Made by a program: the position numbers and the translations under genes. The notes below the pieces were generated by a model that was not told the DNA's origin, made no database searches, and worked only from the letters and a program-made list of their open reading frames with translations. A stretch of DNA of 64,000 nt from Octopus vulgaris (Eukaryota): positions 14,570,001 to 14,634,000 of the forward strand of contig OX597832.1 of NCBI GenBank assembly GCA_951406725.2, in the 5' to 3' direction. Numbering within the stretch: position 1 is the stretch's first letter; each line of letters opens with the position of its first letter. This document shows positions 1 through 11,472 of the stretch, piece after piece.

Positions 1-129
1 GAATGTCTTCATATATGAATATAAAAATTCCATTTTTATTTCTTTATTTATCTTAATGAAAATTTGCTTTGAAGAAATGAGTTCGAGGAATTGTACTGAA
101 TGTAATTTGGGTTTTACTTTACACAGAAT

Positions 130-1900
130 CATTCCCACGATTCTTTGAAGAATATATTATAAAGCGAGAATGTTTCCCAGTGATACTTTCTAAAAGAGCT
201 GCTATTATGCTTTATTTACACTTGTTCCGTGACCAATTATGATAAAACACCTCCAATATTTTAAGTTGTGTATTAAAAAAATAACACACTCTATTCAGTT
301 ATGCAATTAAAATATCTACTTCAAACATTCAAATTCTATAACAATACATTCTGCATAATTAGCGAAAATAATACAGATATTTGATAGGATTCTCCGTGTA
401 TGTTTCGCCCTTCAATAAAATATTGCTTAGATGATTATCTATTGTTCTTTTATTACCTCTTCTAATTTGGAATAAAGGGTTGCATATTTTGTTGAGATTG
501 TCGGTATATTTGATATGCACTATTTTAGCTACTTTCAGTATTATCGGAAACCGTTCTCTACCAGTATAATATTATTCCATGTTTTAGTGGCATACCTCTG
601 TATAAAATACTGTCATAAGAAGGAGAAGCAAAAGAAAAGGTAATGATGGCTAATGCAAAATTCAATTCTTAGCTAACTGATATTCAATAATGAAATGCGA
701 AACCATATAAGTATAAATTGTCACCGTATTTCTTATTCTTTATGGTTACTCCCCAGTAGCACTTTAATATATGCAGAATATTGAATACAGTCATATTTCA
801 AAAGCTTCCGAAGGTTGAAGATTTACGGTTCTGGTATTCGTTATGTCTAAATCGTGTGGAGGCGCAATGGCCCAGTGGTTAGGGCAGCGGACTCGCGGTC
901 ATAGGATCGCGGTTTCGATTCCCAGGCCGGGCGTTGTGAGTCTTTATTGAGCGAAAACACCTAAAAGCTCCACGAGGCTCCGGCAGGGGAAGGTGGTGAT
1001 CCCTGCTGTACTCTTTCATCACAACTTTCTCTCACTCTTAATTCCTGCTTTCTGTTGTACCTGTATTTCAAAGGACCGGCCTTGTCACTCTCTGTGTCAC
1101 GCTGAATATCCCCGAGAACTACGTTAAGGGTACACGTGTCTGTGGAGTGCTCAGCCACTTACACGTTAATTTCACGAGCAGGCTGTTCCGTTGATTCGGA
1201 TCAACCGGAACCCTCGTCGTCGTAACCGACGGAGTGCTTCCATGTCTAAATCGCGAATCATGCTTGAAACATAATACGTTCGCCGTTTGCTCAACCGTAT
1301 ATGCTTAACTCTACTTCGGCATAACACAGCGTGATTTACTAATCTGAAAAAGGAATGCTGCCATCTAAGTGGGAGTAGAGCAAACGGAGAATCTATATAA
1401 TTTTTTAAGATGCTAAAGTGACGATAATATTAATACGATGCTACATCAAATTTAAGAGACAGAAAACAATACAATATTTAAAAAACTTTTAAATTTTGAT
1501 CATAAAATCAAATAAAACTGAAAATCCAAATTATACTGCTACAAGAATGACATTTACCATTTATTAATCCCCAAATATATGCTTCTTCCAAAAGCAATAA
1601 AATGTGACGTTTGGGGAATAGATTGCTGGTCCGAATCCACACGCTTGGATGATATGCACAGTTGAAATAATCATAGAACAATTTGGAGTCTTTTGTAAGT
1701 ATTCAGATTTTGATTCACATGTTTGATTTAGTCAGACGAGCAATGAAAATTTACAAGATATTAGAGACATTATAAGTTTGGAAGTCATATTCTTTGTCAC
1801 TCCAGAACAAGTTCTAATAAAAAATCACATGAATGTACTTCAATATATGTATCCAAGGTGAACGGGGAAATATGGAATAGAGCAACTTGTAAACCTACGA
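130..1900 (+). mobile_element. Possible highly decayed Ty3/Gypsy pol remnant (RNase H to integrase), interrupted by a SINE
   Basis: Degenerate motifs in the expected order: IKRECF..FTLV (RNase H-like, ~160-235), DVWGID(x)AGP (~1607-1633) and EIIIEQFGVFCKYSDFDSHV (~1664-1723, cf. integrase FGxPxxIxSDxG). Many stops and frameshifts. Confidence 0.35.
856..1241 (+). mobile_element. Full-length tRNA-derived SINE (octopus OR1-like)
   Basis: Pol III A box TGGCCCAGTGG and B box GGTTTCGATTCC. Near-identical copies at 19634 and 42898. TSD ATGTCTAAATCG at 843-854 and 1242-1253. Confidence 0.92.
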
Positions 1901-2679
1901 CACGACAGCAACGAGATTCACTGAGAGTTTCTCTGCCTCATGATACACTGCATCATTCTAAATATGAATATGTAAATCTGTAGCAGAAGAGAATTGCTAT
2001 AGAAGCATGATCAGGGCTTAAGCGACAACCGAATTCTGAAATTTAATCATTAGCAACTGTGTATTCCACAGGGTTGCTTTAGACAGAATATAGCAAAATG
2101 ATGCTACATTGAAATATGCATATAATCTGATGAGGTAGAGGCTAGAAGCTTTACCAGTTATATTATTTAATTGTCTGTTACAGAATATCGGAAAGAGTTG
2201 ATATCTAGTGATTAAGAAATTAGAAATGGAATAAATTCTATAAATATCTAGAATAGAAGCATTTTCCACAGTAAAACTGCACTGCTGTGCCCAGTAAAAG
2301 AAAGTATAAATGAAATATTTTTCTTCCAACAAAATGTATTATCGTTGAAATAAAATGTCATACGGGATAGCATTTTATATATCGGTAAAGAGTAACAGCT
2401 TGTTTGAACTTTGTATAACATTTATTTTTGAAGCTCATGTTGTATGTGAGCTATAATGAACCACATATTTCGACAGCTTTGCCGTTGCAAAAATATGTGG
2501 CTAAGATACTCAATTGCGTGTAAAGATATTTATCTGTAACATGTTGCACTGACATAGTAGCAACAAAATTCTCTTTTTGCAAATTTGCGTACAAAATATT
2601 CTCTTATTATTTGGACATCGAAAACGAAATAACTACATGCCCACACAGACGATAATGTGTACATACATAAATGCTGAAT

Positions 2680-2726
<47 letters not shown>

Positions 2727-2843
2727 CTCTCTCCTCCAAAGTATATATCTCACTGTCTATGTATGTACATTATATATCAATTGTTAGAGGTGTTCTAACA
2801 AGATATCTACAAGTTGGATATAACGATTATCTTTCGTATATAT

Positions 2844-3060
2844 GTGGAGGCGCGTGGCGCAGTGGTTAGGGTGTCAGCATCATGATCATAAGATTGTGGT
2901 ATCGATTCCTGGAACGGGCGACGCGTTGTGTTCTTGAGCAAAACACTTCATTTCACGTTGCGATGGACTGGCGTCTCGACCAGCTGGAGGACACATACAC
3001 CATAGAAAGTGGGAAACCGGGCCCTAGAGCCTGACTAGCCTTTGAAAAGGGCGCATTTAT
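2844..3060 (+). mobile_element. tRNA-derived SINE with CORE-like segment and V-like 3' module (probably internally deleted)
   Basis: A box TGGCGCAGTGG, B-box-like GGTATCGATTCC, then TTGAGCAAAACACTTCATTTCAC and GCGATGGACTGGCG...GGGAAACCGG. The 3' part is shared with the SINE at 20716. Confidence 0.8.
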
Positions 3061-3214
3061 ATTTTTTGATATATATACATCTATATGTAGATAAGCGTGC
3101 ATGTGTATGTGTGTGCGTGTGTGTGTGAGTGTACCTCTAGATATATACTTATAAACATATGCGTATGTGAGTTTCAATTTTGGCACAACGTCTTCAGTTT
3201 CAAGGAAAAAGAGA

Positions 3215-3320
3215 AGTCGATTGCATCGACACCTATGTTGAAGTGTTACTCTTCTTTTATGGACCAAGCAAAGAAGAGAAGCAAAGTGGACCTCCGCAGA
3301 ATTTGATCATATAACGCAGG
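3215..3320 (-). mobile_element. Degenerate fragment of the Meta-domain-like SINE
   Basis: Reverse complement resembles the copy at 41659-41890 (GTCGATTGCATCGAC...GCAAAGTGGACCTCCGCAGAATTTGA). Confidence 0.5.
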
Positions 3321-3584
3321 ACTTAGAGACATAATGACACACAAGTGTTTATATTTTTACCTTTGCATGAGGAATGCGTAGGAATATCTCCAATACCAGT
3401 TTTCTCGTCCCTAATTTTCTTGGAACATAAGGTACGAATATTAATACTTGTTGCGTTTAGTTCAAATTTATTTTAAATAAAATAAAGAAAAGCAAGGGCT
3501 GACTTATTACCACAATTTTCTTCCTGATTATTCTATCCTTCATAGTCTTTACTGTCATATATGATATGAATGAATGTTCCTCGC

Positions 3585-3920
3585 GAAGGCGCGTAGCTCA
3601 GTTGTCAGAGCGTCGAAATTACGACCGTCAGGTTGTGAGTTCCAATCCCGGACCAGGCTACTTGTTGTGTTCTTCAGCAAGACACTTTATTTCACATTGC
3701 TCCAGTTCACTCAGCTGTAGAAATGGGTTGCGACGTCACTGGTGCCAAGCTGTATAGGCCTTTGCCTTTCCCTTGGATAACATCAGTGGCGTGGAGATGG
3801 GGAGGCTGTTATGTTCATGCAACTGCTGGTCTCCCATAAGCAAACTTGTCCGGACTTGTGCCTCGGAAGGTAGCTTTCTAGGTGCAATCACATGGTCATT
3901 CGTGACCGAAGTGGGTCTCC
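3585..3920 (+). mobile_element. tRNA-derived SINE with CORE-like domain
   Basis: A box TAGCTCAGTTG, B box GAGTTCCAATCC, CORE-like CAAGACACTTTATTTCAC...CAGCTGTAGAAATGGG. Second copy at 28541. Possible TSD GAATGTTCC at 3572-3580 and 3921-3929. Confidence 0.88.
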
Positions 3921-4469
3921 GAATGTTCCCAATGTATTCTCATTGATAGCATACATTTTCAGTTCAGATGTGTATTCCAGTTTTCCTCAACTTTTCGAAC
4001 CTACACACATCTCTATATCCACCGACTCTCCCCCTCTCTCTCTCAATCTTTCTCTGTTTACACACACATACACACACACACACAAACACTCACACACACA
4101 TATATACACACAATAACACACAATCACAAACAAGCACATCCACACACGCATACATATTTCGTTTTTGTATTTGATTTGCAAGATTCTTTACGTGAATTCG
4201 TTTGTTGGAACATATTTTATTGTGTCCAGGGACAGTCATTCTCTTTTAGTGCTTTCATACTTAACATACTCACCGGTTCGATTTCCTTATTTAGTTTAGA
4301 ATAACTTTTTTTTCCTAATACATGTATTTAAATGTGTGTATATGCATATACCTATATCTATATCTACTCACATACATACACACATATATATACATATATA
4401 AATACATACATATTGACACAAACGCACAGACACAAGCACAAACACATAATCACACGCAGGCACATACAC

Positions 4470-4514
4470 ACACATATACAAACACACACACACACACACA
4501 CACATACACACACA

Positions 4515-4575
<61 letters not shown>
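4470..4575. repeat. (CA)n(TA)n compound microsatellite
   Basis: Seen directly in the sequence. Confidence 0.95.
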
Positions 4576-5174
4576 CAAAAATGGTATTGACAGCGTCTTC
4601 GAAGATCCGTCCAGCATAGCCACATTCGGACTACAGATTCATAAAACATCGTTTTTATATTATATTTAACAGAACAAAAAACAAGAGTTAAGCGCTTTTT
4701 CTTTTTTGTTTTTCTCTCTTTAACGTATTCTCTCCCTCTTTCACTGTATGTATATATATATATATATGTGTATATATACATACATGCATATATATATACA
4801 TATATATATTTAGAGACACAGATATGGGAAGAACAATTCTGGAGAACGTTAACGGGAAAAACTCTGACTAACTGTTTATGAAAGTATTTCCTTTACAGTA
4901 TTCATATAAGTGAATACGTGTCCGACATATGAAATGTTTATAACAATGCTGAAATATAATGCCTTTACCCCTTGAGCAAAATATGTTTCTTATCTGCATT
5001 GATTTAATTTTATCATCTCTCCAACTCTGGGCGTATGTAGATAACACACTGCATGTACATATTATGCTTATATGTATATGAATTTATATAGTACCCAACA
5101 TGACACCGTACTCTACAAACACATGCATACACGCAAATGAACGCACGTATCCATCTATCTACTCAATCGTATAT

Positions 5175-5250
<76 letters not shown>

Positions 5251-5256
<6 letters not shown>

Positions 5257-5964
5257 ATGAGAGTAAATAATTTCTATAATGTTTTTTAAAAAAAGACCAC
5301 AATTATTTACTGGTAGAATTCGGTATGTAAATATAGCCGATTAACGGTAGGAACTTCTGTAAAGTTCAGTATATATATATCGTATATAAGAAAAAAGGGA
5401 CAGGCAACAGGTTGCTTGACCGCATACCGAAAAAGTAGAAATAGCAGTCAAGAATGCTTATTTCTATTTTCCACAAGTGGGGCTCCACACACGACAAACC
5501 CTCCAATTCACATATGCAAAACAGAAGGAATAGATAACGAAACGAAGTCTGGTGCTTATCTGTGAACATCATGTTTCTGGATTATAAACATATTGAATAC
5601 ATATTTCATATATACTTTTGATATATATTTCATATATATTGCATATATATTTCACATCCGTCTTCAGCACAGCTTTCTATTGAAATAGATTTATCATAGA
5701 TTTATCAAATGCTACGTACCTCAAACCTTCTGACCATGTGACATCAACATATTTGAAGAAAGCGAGCAAAGGCTAAACCTACATAGACGTTTGAATTCGT
5801 AAATCTTCCCTCCAAAATTTTGCCATGCGCACTACAAAAATAGTTCCATAGGAGTAGGAACTATGGGTTGTCGTAAGGGAGTGAAAAATCCAATTAGTAA
5901 TATAATAATAAGAGTAAATAATTTCTATAATGGTTTTTAAAAAAATACCACAATTATTTACTGG
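5251..5964. mobile_element. (TA)n-adjacent repeat with ~62-bp direct repeats, probably a PLE pLTR-derived remnant
   Basis: ATAATAATxAGAGTAAATAATTTCTATAAT...CCACAATTATTTACTGG occurs at 5251-5313 and 5903-5963. Shares TAGAAATAGCAGTCAA and overall layout with the element at 56387-56815. Confidence 0.5.
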
Positions 5965-5966
5965 GA

Positions 5967-6125
5967 CAAATAGACATCGCACGTCATATCTTTATACATT
6001 ATAAGTTTTCAAATCCCCAGCGCAAGTCGACACGTATATCCAACTTCCTGCCGACTATAACCGCGCCTGCGCGGTGGATTTGAAAAGTCGTAACGTATAA
6101 AGATGAGACATGTGCTGTCTATTTG
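5967..6125. mobile_element. MITE-like foldback with ~55-bp imperfect terminal inverted repeats
   Basis: Left arm CAAATAGACATCGCACGTCATATCTTTATACATTATAAGTTTTCAAATCC matches the reverse complement of 6076-6125 (CAAATAGACAGCACATGTCTCATCTTTATACGTTACGACTTTTCAAATCC). Confidence 0.75.
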
Positions 6126-6477
6126 CCACAAATGATTGTAGCAACCTTGCTGAATAGATCACGGATAGCAAATTATTTTATTTGTTCATTAGTGTTCGAA
6201 AACCAGATACAAGTGGTAACATTTGAAAATGTTTTTATTTTTCATACCCTTCTAAATTAATCTTAACCGTGGTTTGGACTTTGACTGCTACTGTTAGCAT
6301 GTAAGGTATCCTCTTAGTGTTACCTCTTTTGAGTATAAATATATGCAAATTTTCTATGAAAATGTCGACTATTTTATGCGTGCCAGCCACTGGTTGAAAA
6401 TTTCACAATTTTTCCTAACCTATATATTTCCTAAACATGCATATATGTGTGCATGTGTGTGTGTGCGTATGTATGTA

Positions 6478-6513
<36 letters not shown>

Positions 6514-6984
6514 GGTGTGTGTGCATGCATATATACGCGTACATATAGAGATATATCCTGATAAAAATTATTTCTGCATGGTTCCGTTTCATACAAAAGT
6601 AATCTTATCGAAATTACACTCGGCTATTTGATAATTTATATTATATTGCAAAAGTAGCATATAAAACCGTTTTCATTGATACAGATATAACAAGCCGAAG
6701 AGACGCTCACACATACACACATGCTCTCTCACACACAAACGCACACGCACATTCATTGTTTATGTATATGAGTCAATGGCAACGCGTGAGTGAATATTGA
6801 AATGTATACGAAAGCGTACAACACAAGGACAAACCAGGAAAGGGTAACCTCAAATATATATTCTTCACTATTCCATCTATTCTTTCTAATTCACTCAAAC
6901 TATATGTAGTAACCAGGTCAACTGTGTACTTTTATTAGCTCGGTCTGACACATACATACATGCAGGGATACATACACGCATTAA

Positions 6985-7043
6985 TACATACATACATACA
7001 TACATACATACATACATACATACATACATACATACATACATAC
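6985..7043. repeat. (CATA)n microsatellite
   Basis: Seen directly in the sequence. Confidence 0.95.
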
Positions 7044-8105
7044 AGGCATGCATGCTTATATTTGTATGTAAATTTTGCATTCCTGTGAAGGTAGAGACGA
7101 CAGTCTCTGAAGGGCTTCAGGTACAGAAGTAAACACAAATATGTGGAAAGTTTCGTTTGATATTCGTTGATATATACTTCTCTTATTTGGAACAATTACC
7201 CTTTCGTCATTTGGGGAAATCCATTTCGTCATTAACGTAATAACTCTTGTATCCTCATTTTCTCGTCTTCAGCCAAATCTAATTATGGATTTATGTAAAT
7301 TTATCTTTGGGAAAATAGGTATTGCTCTCGAGTGTGTCAATGTAATTTGCATTGATTTCCCTCCAGATTAAATCGTGCTACTCATCCTAGTTTTTAAACA
7401 TCTGGAGCTTATGACACTATTTGATCTAATTCATGTAAATGAAAGAAGAGTTTATATTTAACTCGATTGTCATCAACCACTTTGAGCATCTGCTTCCCAA
7501 AACCTATTGAAATATGCATCAGATGGTGTCTCGAATACTCCACTCCTAATGTTTTAATGTATTTTTTTATATTTCTTCTTAAAGCATAGTGTGAAATGTC
7601 GGTATAAATTCCGCTGAGATAACATCGTTATTAGAACAATGAAAATTACAAGTAATATATTGCAGCATTCCTAAAAGGATTAATATAAGCGATACGTCCT
7701 AATTTTACGTATTAAATTTAATTAAAACTCAGTGATAAATGTGCTGATCAGCATTCTAATTTTTAACATTTGCTGAAATAATTGTGCAATTGTGCACAGT
7801 AATATATCCACTAGGCTTCAAATTACAATCTTCGTAAAGATGCGCCCTAAACAATATAGGTGGTTATGTAAAATTATAGAGAATAATGGCTTCCTTTATC
7901 CATTTTGTAATAAACAACATGAAGTACGGCATACTCATTCATGTTTATGAGTGTAAAGAAATCAATGATGAATATTTGTGCAATTACTGTTTATATGATT
8001 CATAATTATTTTGCACATGATTTTATTCCTGAATCCGTTTAATAGATAGTTGCATTTTAACACTAAGCAAAATGAAGAAAGCGTATTAGATTTTTAACTC
8101 ATCTT

Positions 8106-8106
8106 T

Positions 8107-8182
<76 letters not shown>

Positions 8183-8237
8183 TGGGAATACATAAATAAA
8201 TGTGCTTGCGGTGCGTTTGTGCATTATATTATACAGA

Positions 8238-8313
<76 letters not shown>

Positions 8314-8344
8314 CATATATATATATATATATTTTTATACATAT

Positions 8345-8393
<49 letters not shown>

Positions 8394-8425
8394 CATACAT
8401 ACATACACATGCATATGTGTGTGTG
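8106..8425. repeat. (TA)n/(TG)n/(CATA)n compound microsatellite
   Basis: Seen directly in the sequence. Confidence 0.95.
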
Positions 8426-9148
8426 CTTCCACCCATACGGCCATATACATATATTGAAGCACATATGTACATAATCGGAGACGCTTTAAGATTCATACAC
8501 ATGATTTGCATTTGTATGTGTGTGTGTACGTGTGCGTGTGTGTGTGAGTTGGAATGCATCTGGATGTATGTGCGGATGAATATATTATACGTATAGTGAT
8601 TATTCCCACTTATTACAGAATTTAATTGGTATGTGTTCTGTCACATTAATTTCAGGAATGTGATTATTGTGTGATATCATCATCGTACATAAATGAATAT
8701 ATAAACAATAAAAGAATCAGCAAAGAACGGCAAATCAAATGTTTGGTATTTGATCTACTCGTTGAAATTAAAAATATTTACAATTATCGAAGGAAATGAT
8801 GAGAAAAAATTTCCGTTTGATGAAAACGTTCCGTTTTCATGATCTATCAATTTAAATGCATTATGCATTGAACAAGGTCAGTTATATGCTGTATTGTTTT
8901 AGAAATAACAATACAATGATATTCTATTGATTACACGTTTATCATTCATATACAAACGCAATAATATCAATTTACATTAGAGTTTCTAAAACATTCAGTG
9001 TTTTCGCTCGATTCGTTTAATACATACACTTGACATTTCCACTTCTTTCAGATACTTTTTAAGTGTAGCAATACATCTATCCTCATGATTACTTTGTTGG
9101 TATTATCATTTATATCATTAATGTTATTACTAAAATAATAAAGAAAAC

Positions 9149-9187
9149 AATAATAATAATACTGTGATAATGATAATAATAATAATG

Positions 9188-9269
<82 letters not shown>

Positions 9270-9435
9270 TGATAATAATAATAATAATAATAATAACAAT
9301 AATGATGATGATGATGATGACGACGACGCGGCAATGATGATGATGATGGTGATGATGATGATGATGATGATGGTGATGATAATGATAATGGTGATGATGA
9401 TGATGATGATAATAATAATAATAATAGTGGTAATG

Positions 9436-9510
<75 letters not shown>

Positions 9511-9552
9511 GTGATGATGATGATGATGATGATGAAGATGATAATAATAATG

Positions 9553-9584
<32 letters not shown>

Positions 9585-9628
9585 TATAATAATAATAATA
9601 ATAATAATATTAATTACAATAATAATTA
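9149..9628. repeat. Long (TAA)n/(TGA)n trinucleotide repeat
   Basis: Seen directly; it explains the poly-L, poly-Y and poly-I/M ORFs. Confidence 0.97.
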
Positions 9629-9745
9629 TACTAAGGTATAAAAGATGGGCTATAGGGTATTAAAGATTGGCTACAGCAAATATTCTGCTTAATACCACAG
9701 ATTTGCTACTCAGCCGTTTGATCTTAACCAGTTGAGCATGTTTGC
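9629..9745 (-). mobile_element. Possible 3' end of a (TAA)n-targeting non-LTR retrotransposon (Dong/R4-like)
   Basis: Non-repetitive block abutting the (TAA)n tract. Dong/R4 elements are known to target TAA repeats. The family assignment is from recall, not alignment. Confidence 0.3.
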
Positions 9746-10263
9746 AATTACCACTCACCAAAACCTGTAATACGTAAATGTAGAAAATTATTTCTGAAAT
9801 ATGTCCCTCCAGGAGCCTTTAAGCCAATCGCCATATTTAAAGTAATGGCATACCTGCATACATCCTTATTGCGCTGTTGAGGCGTTATCCTGACATCAAT
9901 AATTTCTTCAGTTATATATTAAAGTCTGATCCATTGTCATGTAATAATATTTATGCAAATGTTCGTATATATACTATAAACTAATATCTTCGGCAATCAT
10001 TCGGTACCGACATATATTGAGATAGATTTCAACATCACTCATATAGTTGCTTTATAAGTATGTCCTCACAAAATACAATGTTCTTATAAAGAGTTATGTG
10101 CTTATAAAGTACTACGATTTTAGGAAACAGCTACTGGTGAATGGAACATGTCACAGAATATCTGTTGAACAGTCACGTTCTAGTATAAGATTAAAGTGAG
10201 GCCTTTCTGAAATCGGTTATTTAGATCTTGATATGTAATGCCTCTCAATCGATAAGATAAGTA

Positions 10264-11472
10264 TTAGGTCATTAAAAATGAAATGTCCGATTTTCAATAA
10301 AAATCAATGTAGTTAATCACAGTATGCACCTAAAGTATCAACACAATTTTGCCATGTTATCGGCAGTTTGTTTACGCCCGCAGCAAATAAATGTGGAGAG
10401 CAAGAAGTGATGAAATGACGATAGGCTGTTTTTGCATTTTTTCAGACTTTATGTTTTTTGCTTGCAAATAGCTGTCTAATACTTGGAAATCGTGATAGTC
10501 AGTCGGTGCAGGGTCTGGCAAATATGGTGGATGACAGAGTGCGTCCAACTTTAGTTCTTGTAACTTGAGTCGCGTTCTTTCTGCAACGTGTGGTCGACAA
10601 TTGTCTGGCAAGTCAATTGAGCTGTCTCTATTAACCAATCTCGGCTGTATAATTGCACGTTCACTCAACATTTCATCCATTTGGTGGATGTATACATCCG
10701 CTATAATTGTCTTACCAGACCTCATGAAGCTGTAGTGGATGACACCAGCACTGGACCACCAAACAGACACCATTAGCTTGTTTTGATGAATATTCTTTTT
10801 CCGATTGTGTTTTAACACACCGTCTCTCTCTAACCACCGCGCAGAACGTTAGATGTTGTTGTAAAGATTTCATTTTTCATCACACGTAACAATACGTTTT
10901 TAAGAAATGACAGCAAGTTCCAAGTCGACATATCATGTGATCCTCGTTCAGTTCTTGTGTTACCCACTTGCTTTACTTTATCGATTTGTTTCAGATGATC
11001 CAATACAGTTGGAATTGAAGCATCAAACCTTGCTGCAACTCACACATAATTTGTGATGTATCTGCTTCCACTACAGTTTCCAGCTCATCCTCATCAACAT
11101 TGCACTCAAGTCTACCACGGGGTTGATCTTCATGAGTAAAGTCACCAGACCGGAACTAGTCAAGCCATCGACGCACAGTGCGCCAATTCACCACATCTAT
11201 ACCAAACACCTCATTGATGTTTCGAGCTGTCTGGGATGCATTGGTTCCATTCATAAACAACACGATTTTTTTATCTGTCCATGGGTTCACTAAAATTAAT
11301 TTACAAGAGAAAAACTCATAATATAATCAGACACCAAGAATTGCATTTCGAAAAGCGATGATGTAACTTTTCATTGTTGTAAAATAAAAAATTGTTTGGA
11401 TAAAAAATGTGAGTTAACGACTGTTAAACTTGGAGCATAAGAAAATCAGACTTTTCATTCTTAATGACGTAA
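10264..11472 (-). mobile_element. Full-length decayed mariner (DD34D) transposon
   Basis: TIR TTAGGTCATTAAAAATGAAATGTCCGATTTT matches the reverse complement of 11442-11472. TA on both sides (10262-63, 11473-74). Transposase motifs VTCDEK, MVSVWWS, DNCRPHV and HPPYLPDPAPTDYH; the 5' part is frameshifted. Confidence 0.93.
10372..10818 (-). pseudogene. Mariner transposase catalytic-domain remnant
   Basis: 148-aa ORF KLMVSVWWSSAGVIHYSF...DNCRPHV...HPPYLPDPAPTDYHDFQ lying inside the TIR-bounded element. Confidence 0.88.

Noticed and set aside
858-930. tRNA gene (also at 3585, 28541 and 42898)
   Set aside because: The A/B boxes are SINE heads continuing into repeated bodies with TSDs; there is no intact cloverleaf with a terminator.
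5405-5455. Twister ribozyme (GCGGUCAAGC on the minus strand)
   Set aside because: The required pseudoknots and UAA cleavage context cannot be built, and the motif is not conserved in the related 56.4-kb element.
5636-5672. Minus-strand hammerhead CUGAAGA-CGGAUGU-GAAA-UAUAUA
   Set aside because: Both boxes are present, but helix II does not close and helix I relies on G-U pairs; too weak to call.
9149-9628. CRISPR-like or satellite array
   Set aside because: Simple trinucleotide repeats with no repeat-spacer structure and no cas genes, in a eukaryotic context.
10372-10818. SETMAR-like host gene
   Set aside because: It lies within TIRs with TA flanks, has no SET domain and the upstream frame is broken: a mariner fossil.
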